Shown here: piece after piece, positions 50,046 through 63,209 of the stretch | Layout: every line of letters starts with the position of its first letter | Position numbering within the stretch: position 1 is the first letter of the stretch | Assembly: GCA_001643675.2 (NCBI GenBank) | Contig: LSRY02000039.1 | Location: 620,001-684,000, forward strand | Length of the DNA: 64,000 nucleotides | Source: Monocercomonoides exilis PA203 | Taxonomy: Eukaryota; Protista; Preaxostyla | Reading direction: 5' to 3' | Notes under the pieces: generated by a model | Databases searched by the model: none | Seen by the model: only the letters and a program-made list of their open reading frames with translations | What the model was told of the DNA's origin: nothing | Translations under genes and position numbers: made by a program

Positions 50046-52521
50046 TTGATGCATTTGGAAAAAAGATTTAACAATAAGCGATGGAATAAAATGATGAGAA
50101 GACGAAACCAATGTGAAAATGAGATGAATAGATTTGTGGAAAAGTAGAGTTAAGATACAAGAAAAATTGTACATTTGCAAAGTGAAAGCATTAATGGATT
50201 TGACAAAGTTGAATTTATTCAAAAATTTCTATTAGTTTTAATTTATTTGTTATTCGATATAAAAAACAATTGTTAAAGTTGTGCTTTTTATTATAACTCA
50301 TATTTTTTTCAATTTTTATTAATTCCCAGCTTACACCAAAAACTATTCAAAATGAAAATTATTCAATATTCTTTTCAAAATTGTTTTTTTACGCTATAAA
50401 TGATATGTTTTCAAAAAAGAAAAACTTTTTTGTGAACAAAGACAAAAAAGTGAATTTCGTGGAGCTTAATATTTTCTCTTAAGATGCTTATGTGACAAAA
50501 TTCAAAGAAAACTAGAAGAATGAATATTAGTTTTTATTTAGACAAATTTTTCCATTCAAATTTCTTCTCTTTGCATTGAAAAATTGATTGGCCTGAGCCA
50601 CAGTGAGAGTCTGATATCTTCTAAAGCTGCTGGGGTTCTGGATCTGCAGAATTCTGCGCTTCATGGATGAATGCACATTTGAAGTGGTACGTATTTTAGG
50701 ACTGGTTGGATACTGTGGAAGTGGAAAAGGGAAAGACGTGCTCCATCCTCTCGTAAGGGCAATTGAGAAGAAGAAGAAGAAGAAGAAGGAAATGGAGAAA
50801 GAGAATGAAGAAGGAGAAACTGTGTGATATGACGAAGACTTATTTGAAAAAGAATGATGATAATAATAAAAAGAAGAAAACGAAGAAAAAGATGAACGAT
50901 TTGAAGAAGAAAGAGAAGACAAACGAACTGTATTAACAAAATGATCCGAAGTTAAGAATTGCGAAGGAAAATTACAACAAATACAAACTAATTAGATTGC
51001 ATTATTAAACTTCATCACCCTTCCTCTTCTTTGTTCGTGAATATTCTTCTGCCAAACATGAGCCTCTGTATTTTTCAATTATTTCGCTTGGATTCCTCTC
51101 TCTTGACAACATAATACATATAACTTATGAAAATCCCTCTTTTCTTCCTTTCCTCCTTTCTTCCTCTTCCTTTGTCTTCCTGCCCAATCCAAGATATTCT
51201 CTTTCCTTAGACATTTCTTCTAATCTCTCTAAAACTCCTATTAATGTTTCAACATCATCATCTTCTTCTCCTTCTCCTTCTTCTTCTTCTTCTATTTCTC
51301 CGTATTCTAATTCTCCGATGTATTTATCTCCTTCCTCTCCTTCTTCTCCTTCCTTTTATTCCTTTTATTCCTTTCTTCATTTCTTCATATTCCACTTTCA
51401 CTTCCCTTCTCTCACAAAAACCATCTTTCTTCAAAAAAACAATACTTCGCCAAACCACTTTGCCGCGCATCATCGTCACATCCTGTGTTCGAAATCATTG
51501 AATTGTTGTCTTTTTCTTCATTGTTTTTCCTCTTCTTCTTCAATACCATATAATTCAGAACTCTTTCAACAAATTGTGCTTCACAAAAATAATAATTCAA
51601 AAAAATTAAAAAAAAAATAATTAACAAACCTTCAGAATCCATGTTTGTTCCTTTTTAATTTTTTCATTCTAATGGTTATGTCAGATATTTCCAAATAAGA
51701 TATTCCTTTTTAATATTCCATATCGTTTCATCTTCTGTGACTGGATTTGGGCACACAGGCAACAATCTTCCTTTCCAGCATTTTCTCCATTTTGTATGTT
51801 TCAGTAACCAATGTTCCTGTTAAAAATACAAGAATTGCTCAACTTTTTTCTTTCAACATTTTCCTGCTTTTCTCAAAACTTGTGTTCCTCAATAAAACCA
51901 TGCCCAAAGTCTGCATTTGCAGTACGCGTTTTACTCATTGAATTTTCTATGTTATTCGATATTCCATTCCGATATTTGCTTCAAAAAAACAAATTTTCTC
52001 CATTTCAACAATAACTCATATTCCTGCACTTTGGAAAGGATACAGATGGAAACATCTTCACAATCAATAGAACAATATAAACCACATACATTACGTTTTT
52101 TGTGTTTTGATGAAGTTGTTGCATTTTCTTTGGACATCCAATTAACAAAAATCAACAGAAAGAATTCCAAAAATATTGCATCTCCACCATTTCTTGTTGC
52201 TATCACAGGAAATAATATTACTAGTTCTACAGATAATGTTCACTCACGGATTTCTCATTCTGTGAATGGAATATTCCGTTTTTTCAAATCTGATGATCAT
52301 TGAATCCATAACAAATAAATGAAAGTTATTTTTTATTGTTTCTCCTCATTATCCTTTGTTGAAAATATCAACAAAAGAAAAAATCAGTGTGAAAACATTT
52401 TTTTAATAAGAAATTCATGTTTTTATTTTTTTTAACATGCTTCTTCTATCCAAATATATGCTTATTCGATAAAACGCCTAAATATCGTTGCATTCATGAT
52501 CATTTTTTTTAAATAAAAAAT

Positions 52522-53940
52522 ATGTATGCAGAAGACGGACAATACAACAAAGTTCAATGGTTTGCGTTCATTGTTTCACAGAATTCCAGACAATCAAATT
52601 TTCTTTCTATTTTCATTTCAGAATTGTTTTCTGAACTGGAGCATTGCAACGGAGATGAACAGAGAAAGAAAATTAAGGAAATGAATAAAATGGTTGATGA
52701 AATGAATAAAGAAGAATTCAAATCCGTTTTCACAGAAGAAACGTTCAACAAAATAGACAATTTGATTGAAGAAAAGAAACTTTCAATGGAAAATGCCATC
52801 TTGCTGTTGAAGCATGTTGGATATTTGAAAACCCTGAAAAACATGTGGAATATATGCTTTGAATATTCAACATTGAACAGAAGATTTGAGGAGATGATTA
52901 TTGATGAAGAAAAGATAAAAGAAGAAAAGAACTAAAGGCTTTTGATTGATCTTTGCGAGTGCTATCTTTTGTTTCACGCCAAACCTTCGTCAAAATTGAT
53001 ATCGATTTGTGTGCCTTGCCTTCTGAAAGTTGCATTGAGGAAAGAGGAAAGCGAGAAGACTCGAAAAGAAGTTGAAATGGCTTTGCTTACTTTAAGTTGC
53101 ATTTTAAGATGTCGCGTATGAGTATTTTTTATTCATTTTTGATATTTTTGAATTTCTCTCTCATTTTTTGATTAGATAATCAAAAAAGTGCTGTATTATC
53201 ATGAAATTAAAGAAATCATCGAATATCATCAGGAACGCAACAATCTTTCACAGCTCGCCTATCAGTGTACTTGGCAATTTTTGATCCAAAGATTTTTTGG
53301 TGATAAAGATTTTGAATTGGTAATTGTGAATGAGTTACATATTGGAAGAGAAGCAGCAAGAGAATTGGAAGAGCTTACAAGATTCATTGATAGGAAGAAA
53401 GAGAAAGAAGAGGATAAAAAAGAAAAAGATACGAAAGAAGGGCTTATTATATTGAGATGGATACAAACATTGAATCGTTATTTTCTCGATTGTCGGTTGC
53501 ATAATGAAGAATATGTTAGTCTTTTCAGAAGCATGGTTAGAGTATTTAGAGCAGCAAAAGGGAATAAAAGAGAAATTTGTATCTTGTGCATTCATTCCTT
53601 GAGGGATGCAGTTAAAAATAGAAGCGTGAAAATTGATGACTTGCTGAAGAGTGGAGCTATTGATGCTGTTGTGAAGGAGATTCAGCGACCAACATTGAAT
53701 AAAGGCAGGACAATTGAAAGTTTGTATTTCTATATGAATATTTCAGAAAGAATGGAAGACGAGGAAAAAGATGAAATGGAAGAAGCAAAAAGAAAGGCAA
53801 CCAAAAGGAAGATATTTGAAAAGATGGAAGAAGAAGGATACGAAGACATCATCACAAGCTTTCATGAAGCTTTAGAATATTTTAAAAGAAATTATGATCG
53901 TTCGTTATCTTTGAATATTTTTGATTATCTTGAATCATGA
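52522..53940 (+). pseudogene. Lineage-expanded alpha-helical protein family member with one premature stop
   Basis: ORFs 52522-52935 and 53188-53940 are linked through TAA 52933-52935 (frame continues RLLIDLCECYLL) and a GT-AG intron at ~53116-53176. Confidence 0.7.
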
Positions 53941-54421
53941 AATTTTTCAAATTTCATTTCCTCAAACATTTACATTATTTTTGTTTTTCTTTTTTAATCA
54001 TTTCGCAAAACGGTACAAAAATTTATTTTCATATGTTTGCTTTAAGTGATTTGTTAGGGTTATTATTTAACCCCCACCTTTTTTTTTATTACAAAAGTTT
54101 CTTGTCCCACTTTTTGAAATAATAACTTGATTTTTTGTATAAAAGGAATCTATATTGAATTTTCAAAATGCATTTTAAAATGAAGCCAATTTCTTATGGG
54201 GTTAAAACCTTCCATCAAGCTTCCACGAAAAATTGGTTGGTTTCAAGGTGTGAAAAGCCACTTTGTTCATTCAAAATATTTTTTTTATTAATTTTTTGAA
54301 TGAAATTCAATTTGTTTTTAAAAAAAATGAAAATAAGATCAAAAATTAAAAATAAATAATAAAAATACTTGTTGAAGAAAAAAGAAAAGCAGGGCAGATA
54401 ATATTAAAACATGTCATGTAA

Positions 54422-55172
54422 CACCAAAAATTATTCAAAGTCGAAAAAGTTGCAAACGAAATCGAAAAACTTTCAATCGAAATAGAAAAACTTTAATGCG
54501 AAGTCGAAAGTTCGAAAAACTTCAAATTTTCAAAAAATTGACAAAAATCAACAAAAGTCAAAAAAACATTGTGATTGTTAAAATATCGATGATATTTGTT
54601 ATTTTAATGATTTTTCATTTTTTTTCCGATATTTTTCTTTGCTTTCTTTTAACCAATAACAAATTTAAAATTATAAGAGAAATTCTGACAAACTTTTATT
54701 TCATTTCAATTGAAAGCACTCTTCTTCACAGAAAATTTACCATAGAAAATTTTTATTTTTTTTTCCTATTTTATGTGGAATGAAGAATACATTATTGACT
54801 CTCTTATTAAATGTTTTTCATCACAAACAACTCATTTCTTATTGAAGGAAACAAATGCTTGAAGTTTTGTTTTGAGTTTATTTATGAGTTTTTATGGTTC
54901 TAAATCTTCAAAATTTGCAGAAATCAACAATACAAACATTGCTCATAATATTTCCAATAACAAAAGAATATTTTCATCTTTTGTGGAATTCTTTTTATTT
55001 AACGTATATTTATTATGTGAAATTTTCGATTTCGATTGAAAGTTTTTCGATTTCGTTTGCAACTTTTTCGACTTTGAATAATAATTTTCGACTTAGAATG
55101 AAACTTTTTCGACTTTGAATGAAAACTTTCGACTTTGAATGAAAGTTTTCCAACTTTGAATAATTTTTGGTG
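54422..55172. mobile_element. MITE (~750 bp) with ~60-bp TIRs and ~21-bp tandem subterminal repeats, nested in the pogo element
   Basis: CACCAAAAATTATTCAAAGTCGAAAAAGTTGCAAACGAAATCG.. is mirrored at 55029-55082 and 55152-55172; TTTCGACTTTGAAT array on the right; right flank TA, left flank TAA. Confidence 0.8.
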
Positions 55173-55174
55173 TA

Positions 55175-56750
55175 CCTTTTCAATACAGAAATTATAGGAA
55201 CAAACTTGAACGGATGGCACACATTGTGTATGATGGCTTCGTCAGGATCACAGACACCATCAATTCTATGCAATTCAGCTACAGCAGTATAAAAAACGCA
55301 GTTCGGGCGTAGCGAACCAAAAGGGAACTTGGAAAACCAGGGAGACCGCAGGCAATCAGCAAAGAGAAGGAAAAAAACAGTCATGGATGTTATCAAAATT
55401 GATTCCATTTGTGGGAGCAGTTTAACAATGAAGAAAACAAGAGAATTGGTTTGCTCAAGTTTTTTATTGTAAAAATAACATTTTTTCTTTTGATGGAAAA
55501 TGTTTTAAACGATGCAAAAAAAGAAAACAAGCCACATATTTCAGTTTCAAATGCTGCGGCGTACGGGTTTTTGAAGCGGCATCCAGAGTTGAGGAAGAGC
55601 AAACCAAAAAGTTTAGACATAAATCGTCTGGCTGTGTCATGCAAAACTGTGATGAAGCCCTGGTGTCAAATGATTACAAAATTACACGAAAAAAATCACA
55701 ACAAACATTTATTAATATTGAATGTTGACGAATCATCATTGCGTATACCTTCTTCTGCCAATATCGAAGTTATCCATTTATCTTGACAAAGGGCTGGGTC
55801 TGCAAAGAAGCACAAAGAATGGACAAAGCAACACTTGTTGCTTCCATTACTGCATACAGTTATTCATTTCCCTGCATCATTCTCTGTCCAAGTGTTAAAC
55901 AACCGTACGAACTGATGCCTCTTCTCTCTCCAACACTGGACATCTGTCCAAATTCTTTTAAAAAGTTCCTTTTGATGAATTATCAAATAAAGAAAAAATT
56001 TCATATTTTGTTTAAATTTCTGTTTTCACTCATGAAACTTCGCTGTCATGAAAACAATATTATGACAATGTTATAATTTCCATTTTGGAGAAATATCTTG
56101 TGTGGGAACATAAATATGATCGAAATTTAAAATTCTTATTTTTATATGAAAATTAAACAAAAGGAACTTTTCAAGAAAATTCAGACATCCAGCCTGACAA
56201 AAGTGGCTGGATGGACAAGCAAAACTTCAAGAAATATACAGAAACAGTTCTTCTCCCTTCCATCGTTAAAAGAAGAAAGCACATTTCATTAAAAACAGAG
56301 AAATGTCTTCTTTTCATCGACTCTCATCCTTCACGCGGTGATCCTTCAATTTGGAAAACTTAATCAGAAAATAACATTAATCTCGTGACATTCATTCTTC
56401 ACAGAACTCATTTATCTCAACCACTCGACAGAGGAGCATTTACAACTCTGAAAACTTCTCTTTCTTCATCATTTGATGTTCCATCATCCACATCATCGTC
56501 TTCTTTGAGAAAAGCACTTGTCGACGTGCTTCCTCAAGCAATTCACTCCGCTTTCACTCCTTCTGTCATTAAAAAAGCTTTTAAACAAAGCGGAGTTCTT
56601 CATAACACGTTCGGTCCGGTTCTTCGCGAACAACCTGAATCATCAAAATACCCTCTTCCTTCCCATCGTAACCGTTTCGATTATTTTGGAAAGTTAATTA
56701 CAAAAAAAGAACTTCTTGACGATTGGGAAAGATTTTTTTGGAAGAAATGA
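55175..56750 (+). pseudogene. pogo/Tigger-like transposase pseudogene (HTH + DD35D)
   Basis: GKPGRPQAISKEKE, GFLKRHPEL, LNVDES (D1), SGWMD, FIDSHPSR (D2), HLSQPLD (D3, 35 residues after D2); stops and frameshifts; probable ATG at 54411 separated by the MITE. Confidence 0.85.
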
Positions 56751-57510
56751 AGAAAAAAAGAAGGAAAAAGACATGAAATAGAGAGATCAAAAACGAAAAA
56801 GATGAAATGGTTGAATTCAAATACATAATCAAAAGAAAACTCTCTGATGTTGTTTTTGATGACCCAAACGAAGAGGAAAACGAAGAGATGCAAAGAAAAC
56901 CAGGAAAAAGAAAGATAATACGAAGAATTGATTCTTCTTTTGTATTTTTTGCAAATTTTCAAAATTTTTCTCTTCAAAATTTTGTGTCAGAATGAAAAAA
57001 TGGGTTGGGGTCTATTGATAACCCTATTTTTATTTCGATTTGCTCATTGAGTTCTTCACAAACATTTTTCTTTCTATACAGCTTTTTATAAAAAAATTTT
57101 TCATTAATGGACATGTCAATTATTAGTTTTTCAAAAGTTGATAATTTCATAAATTGTTAATGAAGAACAAGAACATTGAATTACTGTTATATTTTGTTTT
57201 TCAGCATGTTCATAGAATTACCAACATGCGAAAAGCCAAAAATTTCAAAAAGCAATCAACAACATCTCAAAAATATGTTAATCAACTGGCAAATCAAGAA
57301 ATCAATATCAAAAAAATGAAATTATCTTAATATTTCATACAAAATTTAGACAAATATAATAATAGTGTTGACTATCTAAAAATTCATAAGGAGAAAAAAA
57401 TATCAATAAATCAAAAACATGAAGTATAAATAAGGCAGTCGAATTACAACATTTCATATGATAATAAAAGATAATGAAATAATTCGAAAAATAATAATAA
57501 AAAAAAAATC

Positions 57511-57610
57511 AAATAAAAATAAAAATAAAAATAAAAATAAAAATAAAAATAAAAATAAAAATAAAAATAAAAATAAAAATAAAAATAAAAATAAAAATAA
57601 AAATAAAAAT
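57511..57610. repeat. (AAATAA)n microsatellite, ~16 copies
   Basis: Direct inspection. Confidence 0.95.
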
Positions 57611-57647
57611 AATAATTAACAATTCTCTTTCAAATTGATATCTAATA

Positions 57648-59626
57648 TCAGCTAGACGTCATTTCTGAGTTTTGAGAGCCTGCATCTAAACCATCAGCAG
57701 GCTGAAGAGAAGACTCTGTTTGACGATCATGCAAAGAAAATGAATGAAGTAAAGAGGAATAAGAAGAAGAAGAAGCTTCGTGAAACACAGACGAAAACGA
57801 AAATGATTCAGAACTGTTGAGCACAAGTTGTGGCGGTGGAGTGGAAGAGGAAGGGATTGAGGGCACAACAGAAGTCACAGGGGGGATGTGGGTGAAGGAA
57901 GAAGAAGAGTCAATTATCCCGGGAGAGTCACGAGTGGAGGCAGAGAGCAGAGGTCGAAGAAAAGAGGAGGCACAGGGCATGAGAGTGGAGGATGATGGGG
58001 AGTAAGAAGAAAGGGTAGAAGAGGAAGAGGAGGCAGAGTAGGAGATGGATTTCGTAGAACAGACGGAAGGAGAGATGGAGCGATGTGCGAAAGAATGATG
58101 CTGGGAAGAGGAAGAGGAAGAAGAAGAATAAGCACTAATCTGCGGATTTGGAGAGTGATCATTGAATGATAAGAGAGAAAAGTGCTCAGAGAAAGTGGAA
58201 TCTGCTTCGGAAGTCGAAGAAGACAGCATGTGAGACGTGAAACATGGAGACATTGGAGGAGAAATCGGAGAAAGCAGAGAAATCGAAGGCTGCTCTAAGG
58301 AATTAGCAGAATGGAGTGATTGCGTTGACTCCTTCCGGAAGAGAATTTGTTCTTTCTCTTTCTTCTTGTTCTTATTCTTTATCAGCTTCTTCTGCCTTTG
58401 CGTTCTTGGTGTCTTGCTTCTTGTTCCTGCATTCTTCCTCTTCCTTCTCTCTGTCCTGAGAGATCTGGATGAATAATCACCTTCATACTGCTTCACGCTG
58501 AATGTCTGGCTTTGTTCGTCTTCTGTCTTTTGTTGAGAAACTTGCCCCACATATATTATGCTCGCTCTGTCGCAACTGTTGCTTCCATTGCTGTCTCCAT
58601 CAGCATTACAGAAATCATCAGCATTGCCAACATTACTAACAAAAGCATCATCATAATCATCGCCACTAATGCCACAGCCTGCACTGCTTTCCTCGCTGCT
58701 TTCATCGCTATAAGCATCACTATCTTCGTTCTCGTTGCCAATCATCCCTATACCTTTTTCAAAACTTCCCTCGTCTTCACTTTCACTTTCTCCTTCTTTT
58801 TGTCTTTCTTCTCCTCTTTCAATATCCTTCTCTTCCCCTCTTCCTCTTCCTCCCTCTTCCTCTTCCTCTTCCTCTTCCCTTCTCCTCTGTTGCTTTGCTC
58901 TTTTATCAAAGCATTCAATTGTTTTTGTTGTTTTTGTTGTTTTTGTGCTTGTTTCGCTGTTTTCAAAGGAATCTTCACTCACCCCATCTCTTTTGCTTTT
59001 CCGACATTTTCTTCTTCTCCGCTTCTTCACAATTTTATTTCCAACTCTTTCTTCTTCTTCTCTTTCTTCTCTTTCTCTCTCCTCTATAATCTCTTTTTTC
59101 CTCCTTAACTCCTCCTTCCCCATCGACTTTTTAATCCACGGAATATCCTTCCTCGGAGCAGCAATCGAAGAAGAAGAAGGAAACGCTGTAATATTCGAAT
59201 AAGGGGTAGGTGAAGAGGAAGAAGCCGAAGAAGAATCAATTTTCTTCGCAGTTACCCAAATTTCTGGGGCCTTATCACTTGAAGAATAATGTTTTTCCCA
59301 TTCATGGTAGGCAGGGGGTTGGAAGTTCATGGAAGAAGAGCGGGAGATTGATTGGAAAAAATTAGCGATTTGAGAAGAGAGACTGTGATCAGAGGGAACA
59401 GAAAGAAGTCTGGCGGAAAGAGGGGTGTGGGGAGGGGTATTGGGAGCAGGGGTAGGGAAGGAGGAAGAGGAGGAGGAAGAGGGCATTAATACATGGGATG
59501 AGGGGTATGGCGAGTGATGAGAAGTAGAAGAAGGGGAAGGAGAAGCAGCTGTAGTTGGAATAGAAGCTGTTTGCAATGTAAGTGATTGATTGGAAAGTTT
59601 GTTGAATGAAAATTTTTTCATTTTAC

Positions 59627-59667
<41 letters not shown>

Positions 59668-60810
59668 ATATCATCAATATCATCAATATCATCAATATCA
59701 TCAATATCATCACCTATGCCTTCATCACAATATTCTGCTTCTGTTTTGGTTTCCTCTTCTTTCACAGCTATTGTTTTGATTATTCCTTCTTTTTCTGGAT
59801 TAGAGAAAGAGATGGAAGACAAAGAAGAAGGACAATAAGTATATAGAGCACCTTTATTGTCACATGGATTGGATAAAGATGCATCAAACACAGCTTGTGC
59901 AGTATCTGCATTGTTGTTTCCTATCTGATTGCCTTCAATTTGATACAATGAATACTGAGAATATGAACTCAAGTGTGGATTAATGGAGTTATTGTTTGAA
60001 CCCTGAGGAAGAAGAAAAAGAGGCTTCGCATGCTCTTCAACATAAATGAAGTTAGTTATCCTTGTGTTGATTTTTTTATCATTCTCGTTCTCGTTCTCGT
60101 TCTCTTCTTCTCTTTCTTCATTTTCTATTGTTATTTTCTCTTTCCTTTCTTCTTCTCGCCCTCTTTTTATCGCTTCTTCTTCTTCCTCCTTCCTTCCTTC
60201 TTCTTCTTCTTCCTCCTTCCTCACTGCCACCATCTGTTGAACGTTCATCGGATTCACCATTTTCTTCTCAAAATGATTCGAATTGTCTTCTAAAAGATCC
60301 TTTGAACTTTTAAAAATCTCAATAAAAGTGTCACTTTTTCTCCGATTTGTGAAAATCGGACTCAATTTTTTGTATCTTTTTGTGAACTTTTCGTTCATAT
60401 TCAGCTTTTCCATCATTAAGCGATTGCGAAAATCCTCTTCTTCCATCTCTCGCCGTTCTCGTGCTTCCTCTCTGACTTCATTTTCTTCTTCTTCTTCTTC
60501 TACTTTGGCCTCTTCTTCTTTTATCGTTTTTATTACCCCATTTTCATCGTTAACATTATTTTTTATTCCTATATTTTTATTATAATCATTATTAATATTG
60601 TTACAATAACTCTTTTTATCACCATTCTGTTTAACTTCATTGTGTTTTCTATCTGGCTTTGTGTTTTTTGCATTTTCAATAAAAGTCACAAAATCGCTTC
60701 TTTCAAACATATTGGATTTATCCGTTGCATCAGAGGAAGAATAAGAATTGAATGAAGAAGAAGAAGAAGAAGAAGAAGAAGAAGAGGAGGAGGAGGAGGA
60801 GGAAGAGGAG

Positions 60811-60845
<35 letters not shown>

Positions 60846-63168
60846 AGAAGAAGAGGAGGAGGAAGAGGAGGAGGAAGGATAAGAGGAAGAAAGAGAAGAA
60901 GAAGAGAGAGAAGATGATGAATTTGATGATGAGGAGGAAGAAGAAGATGATGGGAAGGAAGAAGAATTTGAATTAGAAGAGGAGGAAGAAGAAGAGGAAG
61001 AGGAAGAGGAAGAAGGGCAAGGAGAAGGGCAAGGAGAAGGGCAAGGAGAAGGGCAAGGAGAAAGAGAAGGAGAAAGAGAAGGAGATGATGATACAGATGA
61101 AGAAGCAGAAGAGGAAGAGGAAGAAGGCGAAGAAAGATAAATTTCTTTCTGAAGAGGAGAAGAGAATGGATCAGATAGAGAGACGGATGCTAGAGGAGTA
61201 ACAACAGAACAAGAGAGAGCAGAAGAAGAAGAAGAAGAGAAAGAAGAAGAAGAAGAAGAAGAAGAAGAAGAAGAAGAAGAAGAAGAAGAAGAAGAAGAAG
61301 AAGAAGAAGAAGAAGAAGAATTTTGAGGTTCACTAAGAATGGAAGATAAAGGAGCATAAGAAATAGAGGAAGAAGAAGAAGAAGATAAATAAGTGATTTC
61401 ATTCACTGGGGTATTAACGATTGCTTGATGTTGAGGTGATGATCGAGGAATTATGTTAGAGAAAGAAGAAGAAGAAGAAAAGGAGGAGGAGGAAAATGAG
61501 GAAGGAAGAGGAGGAGAAGACGAAGACGTAGACGAAGACGAAGACGTAGACGAAGAGGAAGACGAAGAGGAGAAGGAGGAAGGAGAAGGAGAATAATAAA
61601 AAGGAGAAGAAGAAGGAGAAGGAGAAGGAGAAGAAGGAGAAGGAGAAGAAGAAGAAGAAGAGGAAAAAGGAGGAAGATGAGAAGGAGAAGGAGGAGGAGG
61701 AGGAATTGAACGTATAAGCGGAAGATGTGAGGACAAAGCAGGTTTAACAGATGAGGAAGGATATGAAGATGAAGAAGAAGCATTGAAAGGCAAAGAGAGA
61801 AGAGGAGAAGAAGAAGATGATGAGACAAAAGATGTATATTCTCTACTTCTTTTTCTCGCAGATGTCGAAGAAGAAGAAGAGGAGGAGGAGGAAGAAGAAG
61901 AAGAAGGATAATTAACATTAGAATGAGAATGGGTTTGAGGATAAGAAGGGGTAAGAGGAGGATGAAGAAGAGAGGTAAGAGGAAGAGAAGGAAGAGAAGG
62001 AAGAGAAGGTGTAGGAAGCAAGTAAGATTGTTGAGAAGGTTGAGATGGCTGAGAAAGAAGAGCAGGAGAAGAGAGTTTTGGATTGGAAGAAGAAGAATAT
62101 GGAATATAGGAGGAAGAGGAAGAGGAAGAGGAAGAAGAAAAGGGAGAAGGAGAAAAAGAAAAAGAAGAAGAAGAAGAAATTACATTAATATCATCCGTTG
62201 ATGTCTTCTTTCTCTGTTCTTTTTGTATTTCCCACTGCTGATTTCTTTGAAATTTCTGTGTCAATTTATCGATTTCTATGTCTAATTGGTTTTGTTGGAT
62301 AACATTTTCAGCACGGTTGAAAGGTGTTTGTGTGGAAGTGCTTTTGAGACTGTCATCAAGAAAAGGAGTGAAGTGAAGAGATTGGGGGAGTGAAGAAGAA
62401 GAAGATATAGAAGAAGAAGAAGAAGATAAAAATAAAGAAGAAGAAGATGATGATGTCTGTGTCAATTCTTGTGGTATAAGAGAAGAATAGCTCTGATGCT
62501 GTATTTGGTTACTGGGAGAAGGTCGAGTTTGGTTGAGTGTGAGCATTTGGCTGCTGGGTTGAAGGTGATTCTGTGAATTAGAGAAAGAAGAGAAAGAATC
62601 AGATTGAGAAAGAGGTTGTGGATAGGAAGAATGCGTTTGGGATTGCATTGGCGATGGAGAAGATGATTGCTGCTGATGATGTGATGGCTTTGGTTGAGGT
62701 TGAGGTTGTGGTTGAGGTTGAGGTTGGTATTGCATTTGTTCTTTTTGATGATCGTTGTGATGACGATTGTTATGACTACGATTACTATTCTGTTGAAGAA
62801 GATGCATCTGTTGCTGAGGACTATGAGGTTCATGAGGAACATGTTGATCATGAGGATTATGAAGATCATAATGGTCATTATGATCTTCATAAAAATTAAG
62901 GCCATAAAGTTGCTGTTGAATCTGTCGAACCAGTTGCAGTTGCTGTTGTTGCTGCGATTGTAGCTGCTGCTTCTGCTGCTGCTGATTCGGTCTGTTATGT
63001 TCTGTCACTTTGATAACAATGGAGCCAACTTCAAGCTTCTTTGCCTCAAGCAGCTTTCTTGCAGACTGGGAAAGGAGGAATTGAAGATTGGAAGAAAAAG
63101 TGTTAGTATTCAAGACATATATGAAATATTATTGAAAGTCAATTGGTATGAGAAGAAAATGAAGAAAT

Positions 63169-63209
<41 letters not shown>

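Larger units (their letters stand above)
54057..57024 (+). mobile_element. pogo-family (DD35D) transposon, inactive
   Basis: TA|GGGTTATTATTTAACCCCCACC.. vs ..GGTTGGGGTCTATTGATAACCC|TA (23/30); encloses a DDE_1-type transposase. Confidence 0.8.

Noticed and set aside
50530-52300. Possible protein kinase remnant on the minus strand (ADFGHG; LTVAQANQFF)
   Set aside because: No recognisable VAIK, HRD or APE motifs; too decayed to support
54067-54205. piggyBac-like TTAA|CCC...GGG|TTAA
   Set aside because: Only 4 bp of inverted match, and the left motif is part of the pogo TIR
55029-55160. CRISPR-like repeat array
   Set aside because: Contiguous ~21-bp tandem repeats without unique spacers, inside a MITE end, in a eukaryotic context with no cas genes
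52933-56363. In-frame TAA/TAG suggesting the TAR=Gln code used by some oxymonads
   Set aside because: The Gln-rich 1800-aa exon and the 1215-aa transposase use only CAA/CAG, and similar stops elsewhere co-occur with frameshifts and TGA stops, so these are pseudogene lesions
57686-62963. Many short antisense or alternate-frame ORFs (poly-Leu, poly-Arg/Lys)
   Set aside because: Shadows of trinucleotide repeats in the long Ser-rich exon
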